Below, piece by piece: positions 1 to 11,148 of a stretch of DNA of 30,941 nt; the stretch's first letter is position 1; every line of letters starts with the position of its first letter. The stretch spans positions 1 to 30,941 of the forward strand of contig NW_021832335.1 of the NCBI RefSeq assembly GCF_006345805.1. The letters run 5' to 3'. Source of the stretch: Octopus sinensis (lineage: Eukaryota). Under the pieces are notes generated by a model that saw nothing but the letters and a program-made list of their open reading frames with translations, made no database searches and had not been told where the DNA came from. The position numbers and the translations under genes were made by a program.

Positions 1-379
1 TATGCTTGGAGCATGAAGAGAAGAGGCCACCACAAAAATTACGGCATGAAAGAAATCACTTTAAACTTGCTAAAATGATATTCGAAACCTGTTATACAAC
101 CGGAATTTTAATGTCGAAGGGTTCATGGATTCATAGTTTGGAACTGATCGAAGACTTTCCAATAAAAAAAAGTAGAAAACTTTTCAAATATAAATAAAAT
201 AGGAGTATGCAAAAATAAACAATATTTTGCCTCTTATTGTTAGTTTTGTTTCCTTTTGAAAAATAAAAATTGGTTTCATAGTTTATTAATGCTTATATTT
301 TAACTTACTTATATATGGGGTTGAGGGCACCAAAATCTTGTAAGTGGTTAGGGCCTCGATGGGTCTTAATCCGGCACTG
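1..379 (+). mobile_element. Probable right end of a decayed hAT-type DNA transposon (transposase C-terminal remnant plus terminal inverted repeat)
   Basis: ORF 6-197 ends in ELIEDFPIKKSRKLF, similar to the I-x-D-F-A-x-K-K-x-R-K C-terminus of ZMYM1-like hAT transposases. 361-379 GGGTCTTAATCCGGCACTG is the reverse complement of CAGTGCCGGATTAAGACCC, a CAG-starting hAT-like terminus. The left end lies outside the window. Confidence 0.5.
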
Positions 380-429
380 TTGGTACTAGCACTGATGTCT
401 TTCTTAGGGACTGATCATATACATACCAT

Positions 430-549
430 ATGTGTGTGTGTGTGTATGTGTGCGTGTGTGTTTGTGTGTGGTGTGTGTGTGTGTCTATGCGTGTGCGTGC
501 GTGTTTGTGTGTGTGCGTGTGTGCGTCTATGTGTGTTTGTGTGTGCATG
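430..549. repeat. Degenerate (TG)n microsatellite
   Basis: Direct inspection. Confidence 0.95.
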
Positions 550-550
550 C

Positions 551-943
551 GTGGCTGTGTGGTATGAAGCTTGCTTCCCAACCACATGGTTCTAGGTTCA
601 GTCTCACTGCATTGTACCTTGAGCAAGTTTCTTATACTATACTCACGAGCCGACCAAAACCTAGTGAATGAATTTGGAAACTGAAAGAAGCTTGTCGTAT
701 ATATATATGTGTGTGTAGCTGTGTGTATACATATGTCTTTGTATCTATATTTGTCTCCCCGCATCACTGCTTGACAACTGGGGTTAGTGTGTTTACGTCC
801 CCGTAACCTAACGGTTCAGCAAAAGCGACCGATAGTAAGAGTACTAGGCTTTAGAAAATATCGTGGAGTCGATGTGTTCGACTAAAAGCTCTCAGGGCGG
901 TGCTCCAGCTTGGCTGTAAATGACTGAAGCAATTAAAAGAGTA
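551..943 (+). mobile_element. tRNA-derived SINE, family A (CORE-like segment, internal TA/TG tract)
   Basis: A-box-like TGGCTGTGTGG, B-box-like GGTTCAGTCTC and CORE-like ACCTTGAGCAAGTTTCTT. Its 3' half (765-943) recurs at 8316-8507 and its head recurs at 23981-24130. Confidence 0.85.
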
Positions 944-1128
944 ATATATATATATATATATACATACATAAACGCTATTATCTATAGCTTTATCTGCTTC
1001 GAGATCCACCGTTTCTAGAAAAGGATTAATTCAGGATCTTTTGGCTAACAACCAATTCTTGTGACGTAAACAACATACAATTCTCATTGACAAGAAGATA
1101 GCTTCTAAAATTGACATAGGAATATGGA

Positions 1129-1202
1129 GGTTTGCTTAGGCCCAGTGGTTGAGCGCCTCTCGTTATTGCAGGCAAAAATGGGTTCCAGTCCCTTGGGCAA
1201 CC
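1129..1202 (+). pseudogene. tRNA-like sequence (tRNA pseudogene or isolated SINE head)
   Basis: 74 nt with A-box TAGGCCCAGTGG, B-box GGTTCCAGTCC and imperfectly pairing ends GGTTTGC/GCAACC. A T-run lies about 27 nt downstream. The anticodon arm does not fold well. Confidence 0.4.
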
Positions 1203-1347
1203 TTCGACTTGTTCTCTGTAAAGTGTATTATTTTTGATACAATATTTATGCGCTATTATTAATAGCATTTTGTACACGGAGTTCAAAATTTCATAAAAAG
1301 AAAGTTATTTTACATTCCCTAGAATTTTACTAATTTTATGACAACAT

Positions 1348-1398
<51 letters not shown>

Positions 1399-1894
1399 CT
1401 CTCTCCTATATATATGTGTATGTATAATATATTCTCCTCTCCTACACACCCATACGTATATATATTTACAAAATTTTCTTCTTTAAGAAATACAATGATG
1501 ACATTGCGAGTGAAAGGTGTCAATTGTCAAACTTGACCTAAAAATGACAAAATGAAATTGAAACAAAAACAACAACAAGAACAACAAAAAAGACAAAAAT
1601 CAAAATAGACAAAAATATAAAATTATGAATGAAATACAAGTAACGAAGCATTTACCAAAAACTGAATGCAAAAATGATAGAAAAGAAAATAGAAAGTGAA
1701 TTTATTGTATATAATACAGTTTATCACAAAGTGCCATCTGTCGTCAGAGCATTAGATAATGCTAATATAAAGATATTTGATAGCGGCTATTTATTTCATA
1801 TTCATTTATATTCCATTCAAATCAATATGCAAATAACAATACACGAACAAAGAATAAACAATAAAGAAACACAAACACACACAAGCATACACAC

Positions 1895-1961
1895 ATGTGT
1901 ATATACACATAAATATATATATGCACATATATATATATGTATATACATATGCATATATATT

Positions 1962-2043
<82 letters not shown>

Positions 2044-2105
2044 GTATGTATGTATGTATATATATATGTATATATATATATATTATATTATGTATGTATG
2101 TAATA

Positions 2106-2146
<41 letters not shown>

Positions 2147-2167
2147 ATATATATATGTATGTATATA

Positions 2168-2226
<59 letters not shown>

Positions 2227-2227
2227 G

Positions 2228-2259
<32 letters not shown>

Positions 2260-2290
2260 TATATATGTATGTATATATATATATGTATAT
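1895..2290. repeat. (TA)n/(TATG)n compound microsatellite
   Basis: Direct inspection. A shorter (TA)n lies at 1350-1395. Confidence 0.95.
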
Positions 2291-2847
2291 GACAGAATTA
2301 ATATGAAGAAAATATAATAGAATACAATGATTCTTTGAGGTTATGTATTTATATTATTAAAACATTCTCTCTCTCTCTACATCCGGGCTACTTCGTGTCA
2401 TTTCATTTCTTCCTCACAACACCGCCATTATATTTCACTTCCGCCACCGCAGCTTTCACTGTAACAACAACAACTACAACAACAACAAAAAAGAGAAAAA
2501 AAGAAGAAAAGAACAGAAAAGCAAATATTTGGATGATTTCTTTATTATTTTTTGTGGCTTGTTTCTGTTTGAGATTTATATTTACACTTGGTTTTTTCAC
2601 TGCAATTTGATCCCAGGAGTTGCGATTAAACAGTGTATTGTAATTGAGATAGATGGGTTGTGGGAAGAGTTGGAAGTGTGATGGAGTGGTATGTTAGCCG
2701 TTGTTGATAATATATTGTCCTTGAAGTTGGTCAGATGGTGATTGTCTGTTTGTTGACATTATCGTAAACTAAATCTCCCTGTCCTTCCTGCAGTTTTTGT
2801 AACTATTAGAAACCATTAAAGCGTTAAAAAATGGCTTTCACAATTTG

Positions 2848-3012
2848 TTCTAGTTCTTTACATTCCGTGATCTAATCTCATCGAAGACCACTTTTCATTT
2901 TATTCACCCAGCGTCGATAAAATATAGTTCCAGCCAAATACCTAGAATGGTATAATCGACAAATTCCTACCTCTTCCAAACAGTCGGCTTGTTTTGAAAT
3001 TTGAAGGAAATA
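2848..3012 (+). mobile_element. Highly decayed family B SINE remnant
   Basis: GCGTCGATAAAATATAGTTCCAG...TATAATCGAC aligns with the family B core GGTCGATAAATTAAGTACCAG...TATAATCGAC and is followed by a tail-B-like end. Confidence 0.5.
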
Positions 3013-3553
3013 TAAGGCTACGAGCTATCAGAACGGTTACTTGTTATGAGAGAATTCTGAACACCCCCCACTTGATCAAGGTGGACTAACCGATTACAAT
3101 AAACAAGAACTGAATAAACTATCAGGAACGTAGCTAACGATGTTAGTTCGACCGTGTCGGTTTACCGTGTCAGTTCGTCTTGCGTTGGTTTAATAGTCGA
3201 GAGTTGAACGGTGAATACTGAGTATCATACCTATGTTCGAGTAGTATGGAGTGCATTCTGTGTTAACATATATTTCTGCAATAGATTATTTTGATGTTTT
3301 GCAAACAACTTACACATGCGAGTACTACCAGTCGAGAGCTCCGCAAACCAGAAGCCAGCAAATGTATGTGGTCACCAGGTGAGAATTCGCGCCGTTTTGG
3401 GGCCTACCTCTCGACAGCATCAATGTGCATCGCCCATCCCAACCCCCACTGAAATGAGGCCCCACTTGCTAGATCAACTGGTTATCAAATAAAGCTCAAT
3501 ATTCTCCCAGCCATCGCTCATCGTCTCTTTTTAACCAAATCCAGTGGCTATCC

Positions 3554-3624
3554 TGTAGGTGTAGGTAGTGTAGGTGGTGTAGGTAGTGTAGGTGGTGTAG
3601 GTAGTGTAGGTGGTGTAGGTAGTG
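3554..3624. repeat. 9/18-bp tandem repeat (GTAGGTAGT/GTAGGTGGT)
   Basis: Alternating 9-mers are directly visible. Confidence 0.9.
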
Positions 3625-3807
3625 TCAGTGATGATGGCTGTGGTGGTGGCGATGGTAATGGTGTTGATGGTAGGAATGGGGAAAATGGTTGTGGTGATGG
3701 TGATGGTTATGGTGGTGGTGGTTGTGATGTTGGTGGTGGTTACGGTGGTGGTGAAGGTGGTGGTGGCGGTGATGATGGTGATGGTAGTCGTGATGGCGAT
3801 GGTGTTG

Positions 3808-4780
3808 GTGGTGATGGCGTTGGTGATGGTGTTGGTGGTGGTGGTGATGGTGTTGGTGCTGATGGTGTTGGTGGTGATGGCGTTGGTGATGGTGTTGGTA
3901 GTGGTGATGGTGTTTGTGTGCTGATGGTGTTGGTGGTGATGGCGTTGGTGATGGTGTTGGTGGTGTGATGGTGTTGGTGCTGATGGTGTTGGTGTGATGG
4001 CGTTGGTGATGGTGTTGGTGGTGGTGATGGTGTTGGTGCTGATGGTGGTGGTGGTGATGGCGTTGGTGATGGTGTTGGTGGTGGTGATGGTGTTGGTGCT
4101 GATTGTTTGGTGGTGATGGCGTTGGTGATGGTGTTGTGGTGGTGATGGTGTTGGTGCTGATGGTGCTGGTGGTGATGGCGTTGGTGATGGTGTTGGTGTG
4201 TGATGGTGTGTGCTGAGGTGTTGGTGGTGATGGCGTTGGTGATGGTGTTGGTGGTGGTGATGGTGTTGGTGCTGATGGTGCTGGTGGTGATGGCGTTGGT
4301 GATGGTTGTGGTGGTGATGGTGTTGGTGCTGATGGTGCTGGTGGTGATGGCGTTGGTGATGGTGTTGGTGGTGGTGATGGTGTTGGTGCTGATGGTGTTG
4401 GTGGTGATGGCGTTGGTGATGGTGTTGGTGGTGGTGATGGTGTTGGTGCTGATGGTGTTGGTGGTGATGGCGTTGGTGATGGTGTTGGTGGTGGTGATGG
4501 TGTTGGTGCTGATGGTGCTGGTGGTGATGGCGTTGGTGATGGTGTTGGTGGTGGTGATGGTGTTGGTGCTGATGGTGTTGGTGGTGATGGCGTTGGTGAT
4601 GGTGTTGGTGGTGGTGATGGTGTTGGTGCTGATGGTGTTGGTGGTGATGGCGTTGGTGATGGTGTTGGTGGTGGTGATGGTGTTGGTGCTGATGGTGCTG
4701 GTGGTGATGGCGTTGGTGATGGTGTTGGTGGTGGTGATGGTGTTGGTGCTGATGGTGTGGGGTGATGGCGTTGGTGATGG
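3808..4780. repeat. 60-bp minisatellite, about 16 copies, built from GGT/GAT/GTT triplets
   Basis: Unit GTGGTGATGGCGTTGGTGATGGTGTTGGTGGTGGTGATGGTGTTGGTGCTGATGGTGTTG. Near-perfect 60-bp periodicity over 4321-4740, with small indels further left. Confidence 0.95.
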
Positions 4781-5145
4781 TAATGTTGGTGGTCATGATA
4801 ATGGAGATGGTAATGGTGGTGATGGTGGGAATGGGAGATGACGATGGTGGTGGTAGTGGTTATGATGGTGGTGATAATGTCGGTGGTGGCGGTGGTGGTG
4901 ATGGTGGCGTCGGTACCTGTGATCCCGCCTTCGCCGTCTTCACCATTTTAACAATCGTTTAGCTAATAACAATAAAAGCAGTTAGGGCGGATGTCTATGT
5001 AGGAGAGAGATAGTGGCTCCGGTGTGGTGTAAATAGAGCATGGGTGCGGTATAGGCAGTGGTATAGGCAGTTGTGGCGGTGGTGGTTGTCGTGACAGCTC
5101 TCATTTCTAATTCATCCACCGCATGCACACACGCACACACACGCA

Positions 5146-5186
<41 letters not shown>

Positions 5187-5240
5187 AACACACATCCGAT
5201 TCACACCTACCTCCTCTACTCTTCCTTTCTCTGATCCCCC

Positions 5241-5388
5241 TCTTTCTCTCATCTATACCCAACTCTCACTACCACTCACACATTCTCCCCTTCCTTTCTT
5301 CCTCTCATTCCAACCGTACCCCTTCCCCTTATCCCCACCTTCCGACTTTCTTTCCTTTCTTTTTTCTTCCTTCCTTTCTTCCTTCCAT

Positions 5389-5423
<35 letters not shown>

Positions 5424-5620
5424 CTCCCTCTCTCTCTCTCTTCTTTCTCTCATCTATACCCACTCTCACTACCACTCACACATTCTCCCCTTCCTTTCTT
5501 CCTCTCATTCCAACCGTACTCCCCTCCCCTTATCCCCACCTTCCGATTTTTTTTCCTTTCTTTCTTCCTTTCTTTCTTTCTTTCTTTCTTTCTCCCCTCC
5601 CTCTCTCTCTCTCTTCTTTC
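5241..5620. repeat. Tandem duplication (~201-bp period) of a pyrimidine-rich unit
   Basis: TCTTTCTCTCATCTATACCC...CATTCCAACCGTAC...ATCCCCACCTTCCGA starts at both 5241 and 5442. It is flanked by (CA)n at 5124-5193 and (CT)n at 5649-5712. Confidence 0.9.
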
Positions 5621-5651
5621 CTTCATCTCCTCCCTCCCTTCCGCACGCGTC

Positions 5652-5716
<65 letters not shown>

Positions 5717-6249
5717 CGCATCGATTTCATTTCATTTGTAACATTGTCGGAATTTTTATTCACAGGTTAACCATTCAAATGTGATCTTTGCTGACAGCTC
5801 TCCAAGAGAAGTCTTTACCATAATATTCTCTACGGTACCATGTAATCGCCTCCTCTCCACACTGACGTTGTTTTAAAGCTGTAATGACAAGGATTCTGAA
5901 GAAATCTTTTAATCCATATTCCTTAAGTCTGCCATAAACTTCCATCAATTCATTCACCACAAACACCATTTTTCTTCTAGTTTTTTGTTTCTTGATTCCG
6001 TTTGTTGATGTTGTTATTATTTCTGTTCTTGTTGATGTTGTTGTTTTTGTTATTATTAATGGTGGCGGTGGTGGTGCTGGTGGTGGTGATGTTGGTAGAT
6101 CTGTCTTCACTGTCGTCCTCGTTGGTATTTTCGTTGAAGTTGTTGTTGATGTTGTTGTTGTTTTTATTGTACAAGTTGTTGTTATTCATGGGACTAGTGT
6201 TGCATACTAATGTTGGTGATGTTGATAATTTCGCTGCTAGTGTTACTGC

Positions 6250-6282
6250 TATGATGGCGATGATGATGATGATGATGACGAC

Positions 6283-6353
<71 letters not shown>

Positions 6354-6750
6354 CGACGATGATGATAACATCGATGATGATGACGATAATAATGATGATG
6401 TTGCTGGTGATGATAATGACGATGTCGATGGGTGGTGATAATGGTTGCCGTGATAATGATGATGATGATGATGACGATAATAATGATGATGTTGCTGGTG
6501 ATGATAATGACGATGTCGATGGGTGGTGATGATGGTTGCCGTGATAATGATGATGATGATGATGACGATAATAATGATGATGTTGGTGGTGATGATAATG
6601 ACGATGTCGATGGGTGGTGATAACGGTTGCCGTGGTGGTGGTGGTGATGGCGGTGGTGGTGGTTATGGTGATGACTTTAATGATGATGATGATGATGATG
6701 ATGTTGTCGGTGGTGGTGGTTATGGTGATGACTTTAATGATGATGATGAC
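6250..6750. repeat. (GAT)n tract containing a 91-bp x3 minisatellite and a 57-bp duplication
   Basis: GATGTCGATGGGTGGTGAT at 6421, 6512 and 6603; GGTTATGGTGATGACTTTAATG at 6661 and 6718. Confidence 0.9.
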
Positions 6751-7219
6751 GGCTGCAGCGGGGGTAGCGGCAGCGGCAGTCGCGATGGCAAAATTCTCGG
6801 AAGTCATTCGAAAAAATAAAATAAAATAAAACAAAAACGAATCGGAAAAATGAACCTAAGGATGCTGGCGAAAGTGAGTAAACAGTTCAAAGAGAAAACT
6901 TGCCACTCATTTAGGATTTTCAAATTTTCTTCGTACCGCCAATGTACAAGTGACACATCATTTAAACATGCTACAGGAAGATTTATAGGTAGGTGAAGAG
7001 TTTTGTCACCAAGAAAGGGGCTCCGATAATGGAGTAGGGGCACATGAGAGACACGCCGGTGGCAGTGCAGAACACAATTTCAATTTTAACGTAGGCGCGG
7101 ATCCCTAGTCTATACATGAATCACTCACACTCTCTTGTCACATTGAAGCATGCCCATCGCCAAAAGGATGCACTGGACGGCACTGCCCTCCCCTCACTAT
7201 TCAATGGTTTCCCCTCAAA

Positions 7220-7450
7220 GGCGGCGAGCTAGCAGAATCGTTAGCACGTCGGGCGAAATGCTTAGCGGTATTTCGTCTGCCGTTACGTTGTGAGTTCAAA
7301 TTCCGCCGAGGTCGACTTTGCCTTTCATCCTTTCGGGGTCGATAAATTAAGTACCAGTTAAGCACTGGGGTCGATATAATCGACTTAATACCTATGTCTG
7401 TCCATGTTTGTCTCCTCTATGTTCAGCCCCTTGTGGGTAATAAAGAAATA
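7220..7450 (+). mobile_element. Full-length family B SINE with Tx1-like tail A and 14-bp target-site duplication
   Basis: Head GGCGGCGAGCTAGCAGAATCGTTAGC, B-box GAGTTCAAATTCC, core GTCGACTTTGCCTTTCATCCTTTCGGGGTCGATAAATTAAGTACCAG. Perfect direct repeat GGTTTCCCCTCAAA at 7206-7219 and 7451-7464. Confidence 0.93.
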
Positions 7451-7622
7451 GGTTTCCCCTCAAATTTATAGTGATACACTTATTTCGAAATTCCACTTTA
7501 ATTTTAGTACAAATTAATGTCCACGCAGAAATAGAATGCCCTGTTGATCTTCCTGTAGAAACTTTACAGGACATTCTATTCCAATCTCCTTCAACCATTT
7601 ATCTATATCTTCGCTTACTGTG

Positions 7623-7888
7623 TGGGGGCACGTGGCTTAGTGGTTAGGGTGTCAGCATCATGATCGTAAGATTGTGATTTCGATTCCTGGACCGGGTAAT
7701 GCGTTGGGTTCTTGAGCAAAACACTTCATTTCACGTTGCTCCAGTCCACCCAGCTGGCAAAAATGAGTAACGCTGCGATGGACTGGCGTCCCGTCCAGCT
7801 GGGGAAAACATACGCCATAGAAACCGGGAAACCTGGCCCATGAGCCTGGCTAGGCTTTAAAAGGGCGCATTTATTTTATTTTATTTTT
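7623..7888 (+). mobile_element. tRNA-derived SINE, family C (CORE-like), with (TTTAT)n-type tail
   Basis: A-box TGGCTTAGTGG, B-box-like TTTCGATTCC, CORE-like CTTGAGCAAAACACTT. Imperfect flanking repeat GCTTACTGT (7613) / GCTTACGGT (7889). Confidence 0.85.
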
Positions 7889-8001
7889 GCTTACGGTCCC
7901 AATGCACCAATTATTATAGACACAACCTTAACAATTTCCATTTTACAAATTCTTGCAATTTGAAATTTTGAGATATTGTATCTTTTCTTTTATTTTTACA
8001 G

Positions 8002-8315
8002 TGCATGCCATCGAAGTGACACTGGGGTACAAATATACGAAACCCTATATTCAAATCCTGACTGATAAGGGCACAACAGGCACATGCATAACAACCATAT
8101 GTGTGTGAGGTGGTAAGCTCATATCAAGTTAAACAGCATATGACCTTGCTGGTGGGACCAAGTTAGAATTTTCGTTGGGCCACGTAACGCATCCCGTTCA
8201 AAAGGACCCTGAATAAGGGTTGTTTTAAGATGGTGAGCGAAACACTCGTGTGTCCAGAGGTGAATTATTCAAACCCCAAATATTTCCTCTCAGCATATGG
8301 CCATGATGCTCCATC
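8002..8315. mobile_element. Fragment of an unclassified interspersed repeat
   Basis: Resembles a repeat I recall from octopus DNA (GTGCATGCCATC.AAGTGACACTGGGGT...CCCTGAATAAGGGTTG). There is no second copy in the window, so this is unverified. Confidence 0.45.
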
Positions 8316-8507
8316 CACCATCGCTTGACACCCGACGTTGGTGTGTTTACGTCCCCGTAACTTAGCAGTTCGGCTGAGAGACCGATAGAATAAGTACTAG
8401 GCTTACAAAGAATAAGTCAAGTCCTGGGGTTGATGTGTTCGACTAAAGGTGATGCTCCAGCATGGCCGCAGTCAACATGACTGAAACAAATAAAAGAATA
8501 AAAGAAT
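8316..8507 (+). mobile_element. 3' half of a family A SINE
   Basis: Aligns with 765-943 (GTGTGTTTACGTCCCCGTAAC...GTACTAGGCTT...GATGTGTTCGACTAAA...TGCTCCAGC...TGACTGAA) and is followed by (ATT)n to 8613. Confidence 0.88.
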
Positions 8508-8557
8508 TATTATTACTATTATCATGAATCATCATCATCATCTTCCTCCTCATCATC

Positions 8558-8614
<57 letters not shown>

Positions 8615-9689
8615 GTGAGGATGGCCCAAGTGCGTGTTTGTGTGTGTGTGCGTGTGTGTGTACTTAGATAAAGATATGTTGTAAGTATGTATATATGTAT
8701 GTAGATAGGCAGAGAAAACTAGAGGAAAAGGGAGCGGAAGAGAAAGAAAGAGAAAGAGATAGGAAAAAGTAAGAGAGAAAGAGAGAGAAAGTGAGTATTA
8801 CTGAGAATTACGAAATGTGTCATCCAGAGACAACGATATCTCCTACCAAATATATTGCTTTCTAGGTGGCTGAGTTATCGATTTACACACACAGACACAC
8901 ACACACACACAAACTCACACGCATGCATACACGTACACACACACACACACACATACGTACACACACACACAAGCGGCAAGATAAATATAAGGCTAAACAT
9001 CTTTCACACCTATAAATATTCACATATAGATATTACATGGAGAAATAGAAAGGAGAGTAAGGAGCAAGAAATAAATGACTTAAGAGAAACACAAGAGGAA
9101 ATTTGAAGAGCTCTAATACAAGGGAGTGAACTACACATTTCAAGTGGTTAAAATACGACATATGCTAAGTCTTCATTTTGATGTAGCTCAGCTGATGGAA
9201 TCAAAATGGAGGAAGATGAATTAATGGAAATATGATTCCATATCACGAACTCAATTTTCAAGAATGCCCTTTTCTATTGCGATATTATGTTAACTAAATT
9301 TACCAATTATATATACAGACATAGGGCAGATACTACGTGCTATACACGCATCACGGTTGGCTGATTAATGAAGATATATAAACTGCGTTATTCTATGAGA
9401 ATATATTTACGAATATGGTAGTATGTCGAAAGTAGATATACATAGACGAAGGCATATCGAAAACAATGTACAAATATATATTGATATGGTCACACACAGA
9501 TACACGCATATAGATATAAAGAGAAAGAGTGAGAGAGAGAGAGGGAGAGAGGTGGAGGTAGAGAGGGGTAAGTAGAGGAGAAGTGAGTTTTGCCTGTTGT
9601 GCTTTGCATATGTGTGCGTATCTGTCCATCTATTGACCGGTTTACCGATCTTTCACTGTATATGCACCTCTCTGTCTCTCTGCCCCTCT

Positions 9690-9720
9690 GTATCTCTCTC
9701 TTTCTCTCTCTCTCTGTCTG

Positions 9721-9763
<43 letters not shown>

Positions 9764-9957
9764 ATCTATCTATCTACCTATCTACCCCCTCTCTCTCTAT
9801 ATATATATAGATGTGTGTGTATGTGTGTATACCTAACTATACAGACGCACACACATATACATGATATGGGTATATATATATGTATATATATGTATATATT
9901 TATATATAAATATATATATTTATGTAAGTGTATATGTTTTAAGATGATATACAATTA

Positions 9958-9993
<36 letters not shown>

Positions 9994-10130
9994 TGTATAC
10001 AAATATTCAGGTAGTATATAAATTGTGCACAAACATATCGCTACACACAAACACACACACATATATACACACTTGTATATATGTATAAACCCGCACACAC
10101 ACACACACACACGCACACATACATGAGTGT
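9690..10130. repeat. Compound (CT)n/(TATC)n/(TA)n/(CA)n microsatellites
   Basis: Direct inspection. Confidence 0.9.
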
Positions 10131-10799
10131 ATGTATGCATACATTCTGATGCATAAAACGATATTCTAACGTAGTTTTCATTTACCATAGTCTTTCTGAA
10201 GGTTTAGTTCGCATCAAGGTTACAGTAAATAACACGTCTCAAGGTGACGCGTAGTGAAACTGAAACTGTGACGACGTGGTTGCAGACTGAAGTACTTAGC
10301 TGCGTAGTCATACGAACGCCTTGCTCGATAATGATTTGTAACCTACGAACAAAGCAACTCTTTTGAAGCGCGGCGGAGGTGGGCGTACGTATATTCAATT
10401 AATTTCTCGTACCCAGTAACGTAGTCCGTGGTTTTAATTTGCATTTTTCTATTCAAAATTCTTAATAAATCAAAGACAATTTTCTTCTTAAATGTGTTCC
10501 ATTTCGCTTGGGCATGGTTTTAACAAAATATACATACAGCACGCGTATTCCATGTCAGGTGATGAACTTCTGACGTAACTCTGTAAATAGTACGGAATAG
10601 ATTAATGCGCGACCTGTTTTCCGTTGTTATTTTTCGTTTACCAATCAAACCACGATGCACATTTGACTCAAAATATTTCGACTGGTTTGTGAATACGTTC
10701 CGTATATATAGGCGGGCTACACCTCTCTTTTTCAACAGTATGAAGAATACGAAATTGCGAGAAATAATTGAGTCATACACTAATATATACATATACGAA

Positions 10800-11029
10800 C
10801 ACACACAAACACACACATACATATATACATACATACATACATACATACACACATATATATATATTATATATATATATATATATATGTATGTATATATATG
10901 TATATATACATGTAAGCATATATATATGTATATATATATGTATACATATACACACATACATATATATACTAAATATAGATGTGTATGTATATGTATGTAT
11001 ATATATACATATATATATATTATATATAT

Positions 11030-11061
<32 letters not shown>

Positions 11062-11062
11062 C

Positions 11063-11148
<86 letters not shown>

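Noticed and set aside
1817-2317. YI/CV/HT/LSIY-rich ORFs here and throughout the track
   Set aside because: They are translations of di- and tetranucleotide microsatellites.
3042-3420. Possible solo LTR starting TGTTATG
   Set aside because: No matching ...ACA end with a target-site duplication was found.
3285-3448. Possible small exon (plus: AG at ~3284 to CAG/GTGAGA at ~3378; minus: TTTCAG to GTAAGT)
   Set aside because: The minus candidate has stops in all three frames. The plus peptides are unrecognisable and have no partner exons.
3531-4796. 421-aa His/Gln/Thr-rich ORF
   Set aside because: It is a translation of the 60-bp minisatellite and drifts between registers at indels. The strand is stop-free because of its composition.
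5766-5970. Complex sequence with an acceptor-like TTCACAG and a short minus-strand ORF (MVFVVNELMEVYGRL...)
   Set aside because: No recognisable homology or consistent gene model. It cannot be fully excluded without RNA data.
5977-6834. 285-aa minus-strand ORF with poly-I/H/S/N runs
   Set aside because: It runs through (ATC)n and a 91-bp repeat whose period is not a multiple of 3, so the same DNA is read in three successive frames. No domain is recognisable.
7060-7187. GGCAGTGC...GCACTGCC inverted repeat as MITE ends
   Set aside because: Only 8 bp long, with no flanking target-site duplication.
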